Under the pieces are notes generated by a model. That model ran no database searches. It was not told the DNA's origin and saw nothing but the letters and a program-made list of their open reading frames with translations. The position numbers and the translations under genes were made by a program. A stretch of 64,000 nt of DNA from Octopus vulgaris. Its lineage: Eukaryota. The stretch lies in the NCBI GenBank assembly GCA_951406725.2, contig OX597834.1, positions 15,252,001 through 15,316,000 of the forward strand, read 5' to 3'. Positions 63,010 through 64,000 of this stretch are shown in pieces. Numbering within the stretch: the stretch's first letter is position 1; the number at the start of each line of letters is the position of its first letter.

Positions 63010-63427
63010 GAGATATATGTATGTGTGTGTGTGAATAGGTGTGAGTGCGTTGTTATGTATGTATATGTACATATATGTTAGCGATGACACAAAAATGAAT
63101 GAAGGATTGATATGCTCCTCAAGGTAGATATATAAGACTGCCTATATTCTTTCAGCTACCTTTTACAATTACTACACATACATATTGGATTGTAAGAAGA
63201 TAAATTATTCGTTTTTTTTTTATACATTTCTTTTAATCCTTTCCCATGTCATTTGAATTAACAAGAACATATTTTTTATCTAGTGTCTTATGCTTTTTGT
63301 TTTCCTTTATATTTTTGCAAGGCTTTTCTTCTTCTACAACATTTGTTTACCGTTTTTGGAATTTGAATAGGCTTTACTTTTCTTCAAACGATCGAGTATG
63401 TCTGAGAGCTAATGTATATATATATAT

Positions 63428-63492
<65 letters not shown>

Positions 63493-64000
63493 TAATTACA
63501 TTTTTATTTTGTAGTTTAGAAAACCTTGCTCTCTATATATTTTAGTTCAGCATCGTTTTCTAGAGAATTCTCTAAACCCAGTTCTGAATTTAACCAACAA
63601 TAAACACATATTTTGTTCGTTTCTAGACATACTGGGACCGAAACATGAGGCCTTTTGTCACCAACCGTTTTATATTTCTTTAACAAATACTATTTATGTT
63701 CGACGTCTGTAATCATCTCCAATCCCTTCTTAAACAGTTAGTTGCCACGTATTCATTACCAGCCATTCAAAACGCCCACAAAAAACACATATGTAGATAT
63801 AGACGTATATCTATGTGATTATGTATGCACGTATGTATGTATGTAAGCAAGTAAGTATTATGGTATATCCTATATATAGTTCATTCATTGATATTGGAAA
63901 TATCGTTTCATAGAAAAGAAACCTCATTGAAAGGAATTATTGGGAAGAATAATATATAAAAGAAGAGATAAAGAGGATAAAATAGAAAGGACTTGATTAA

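Overview
AT-rich, extremely microsatellite-rich eukaryotic non-coding DNA. The repeat repertoire looks cephalopod (Octopus-like); this is an inference from recalled SINE motifs, not a search result. No host protein-coding exon could be supported, and nearly all listed ORFs are translations of simple repeats. The window is a mosaic of tRNA-derived SINEs (several with target-site duplications, TSDs), decayed LINE fragments (CR1/L2-like, RTE, Hero/R2-like, R4/Dong-like, Penelope-like), Tc1/mariner and pogo remnants, and Helitron pieces. At 36.3-48.0 kb a 3.5-4.5 kb unit (Helitron Rep fragment + 2.6-3.5 kb TGTC/TGTA/TGCC satellite + SINE fragment) is triplicated. The most interesting signal is about 15-18 minimal type-I hammerhead-ribozyme-like motifs, in at least four sequence families with covarying stems and core variants. 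They sit in short elements usually embedded in (TA)n tracts and often arranged as inverted repeats, consistent with Penelope-like pseudo-LTRs or retrozyme-like elements. Highlights are a tandem hammerhead pair exactly 320 bp apart and a 175-bp inverted repeat whose spacer copies DNA from 1 kb upstream. All structures were read by eye and none is shown to be active.
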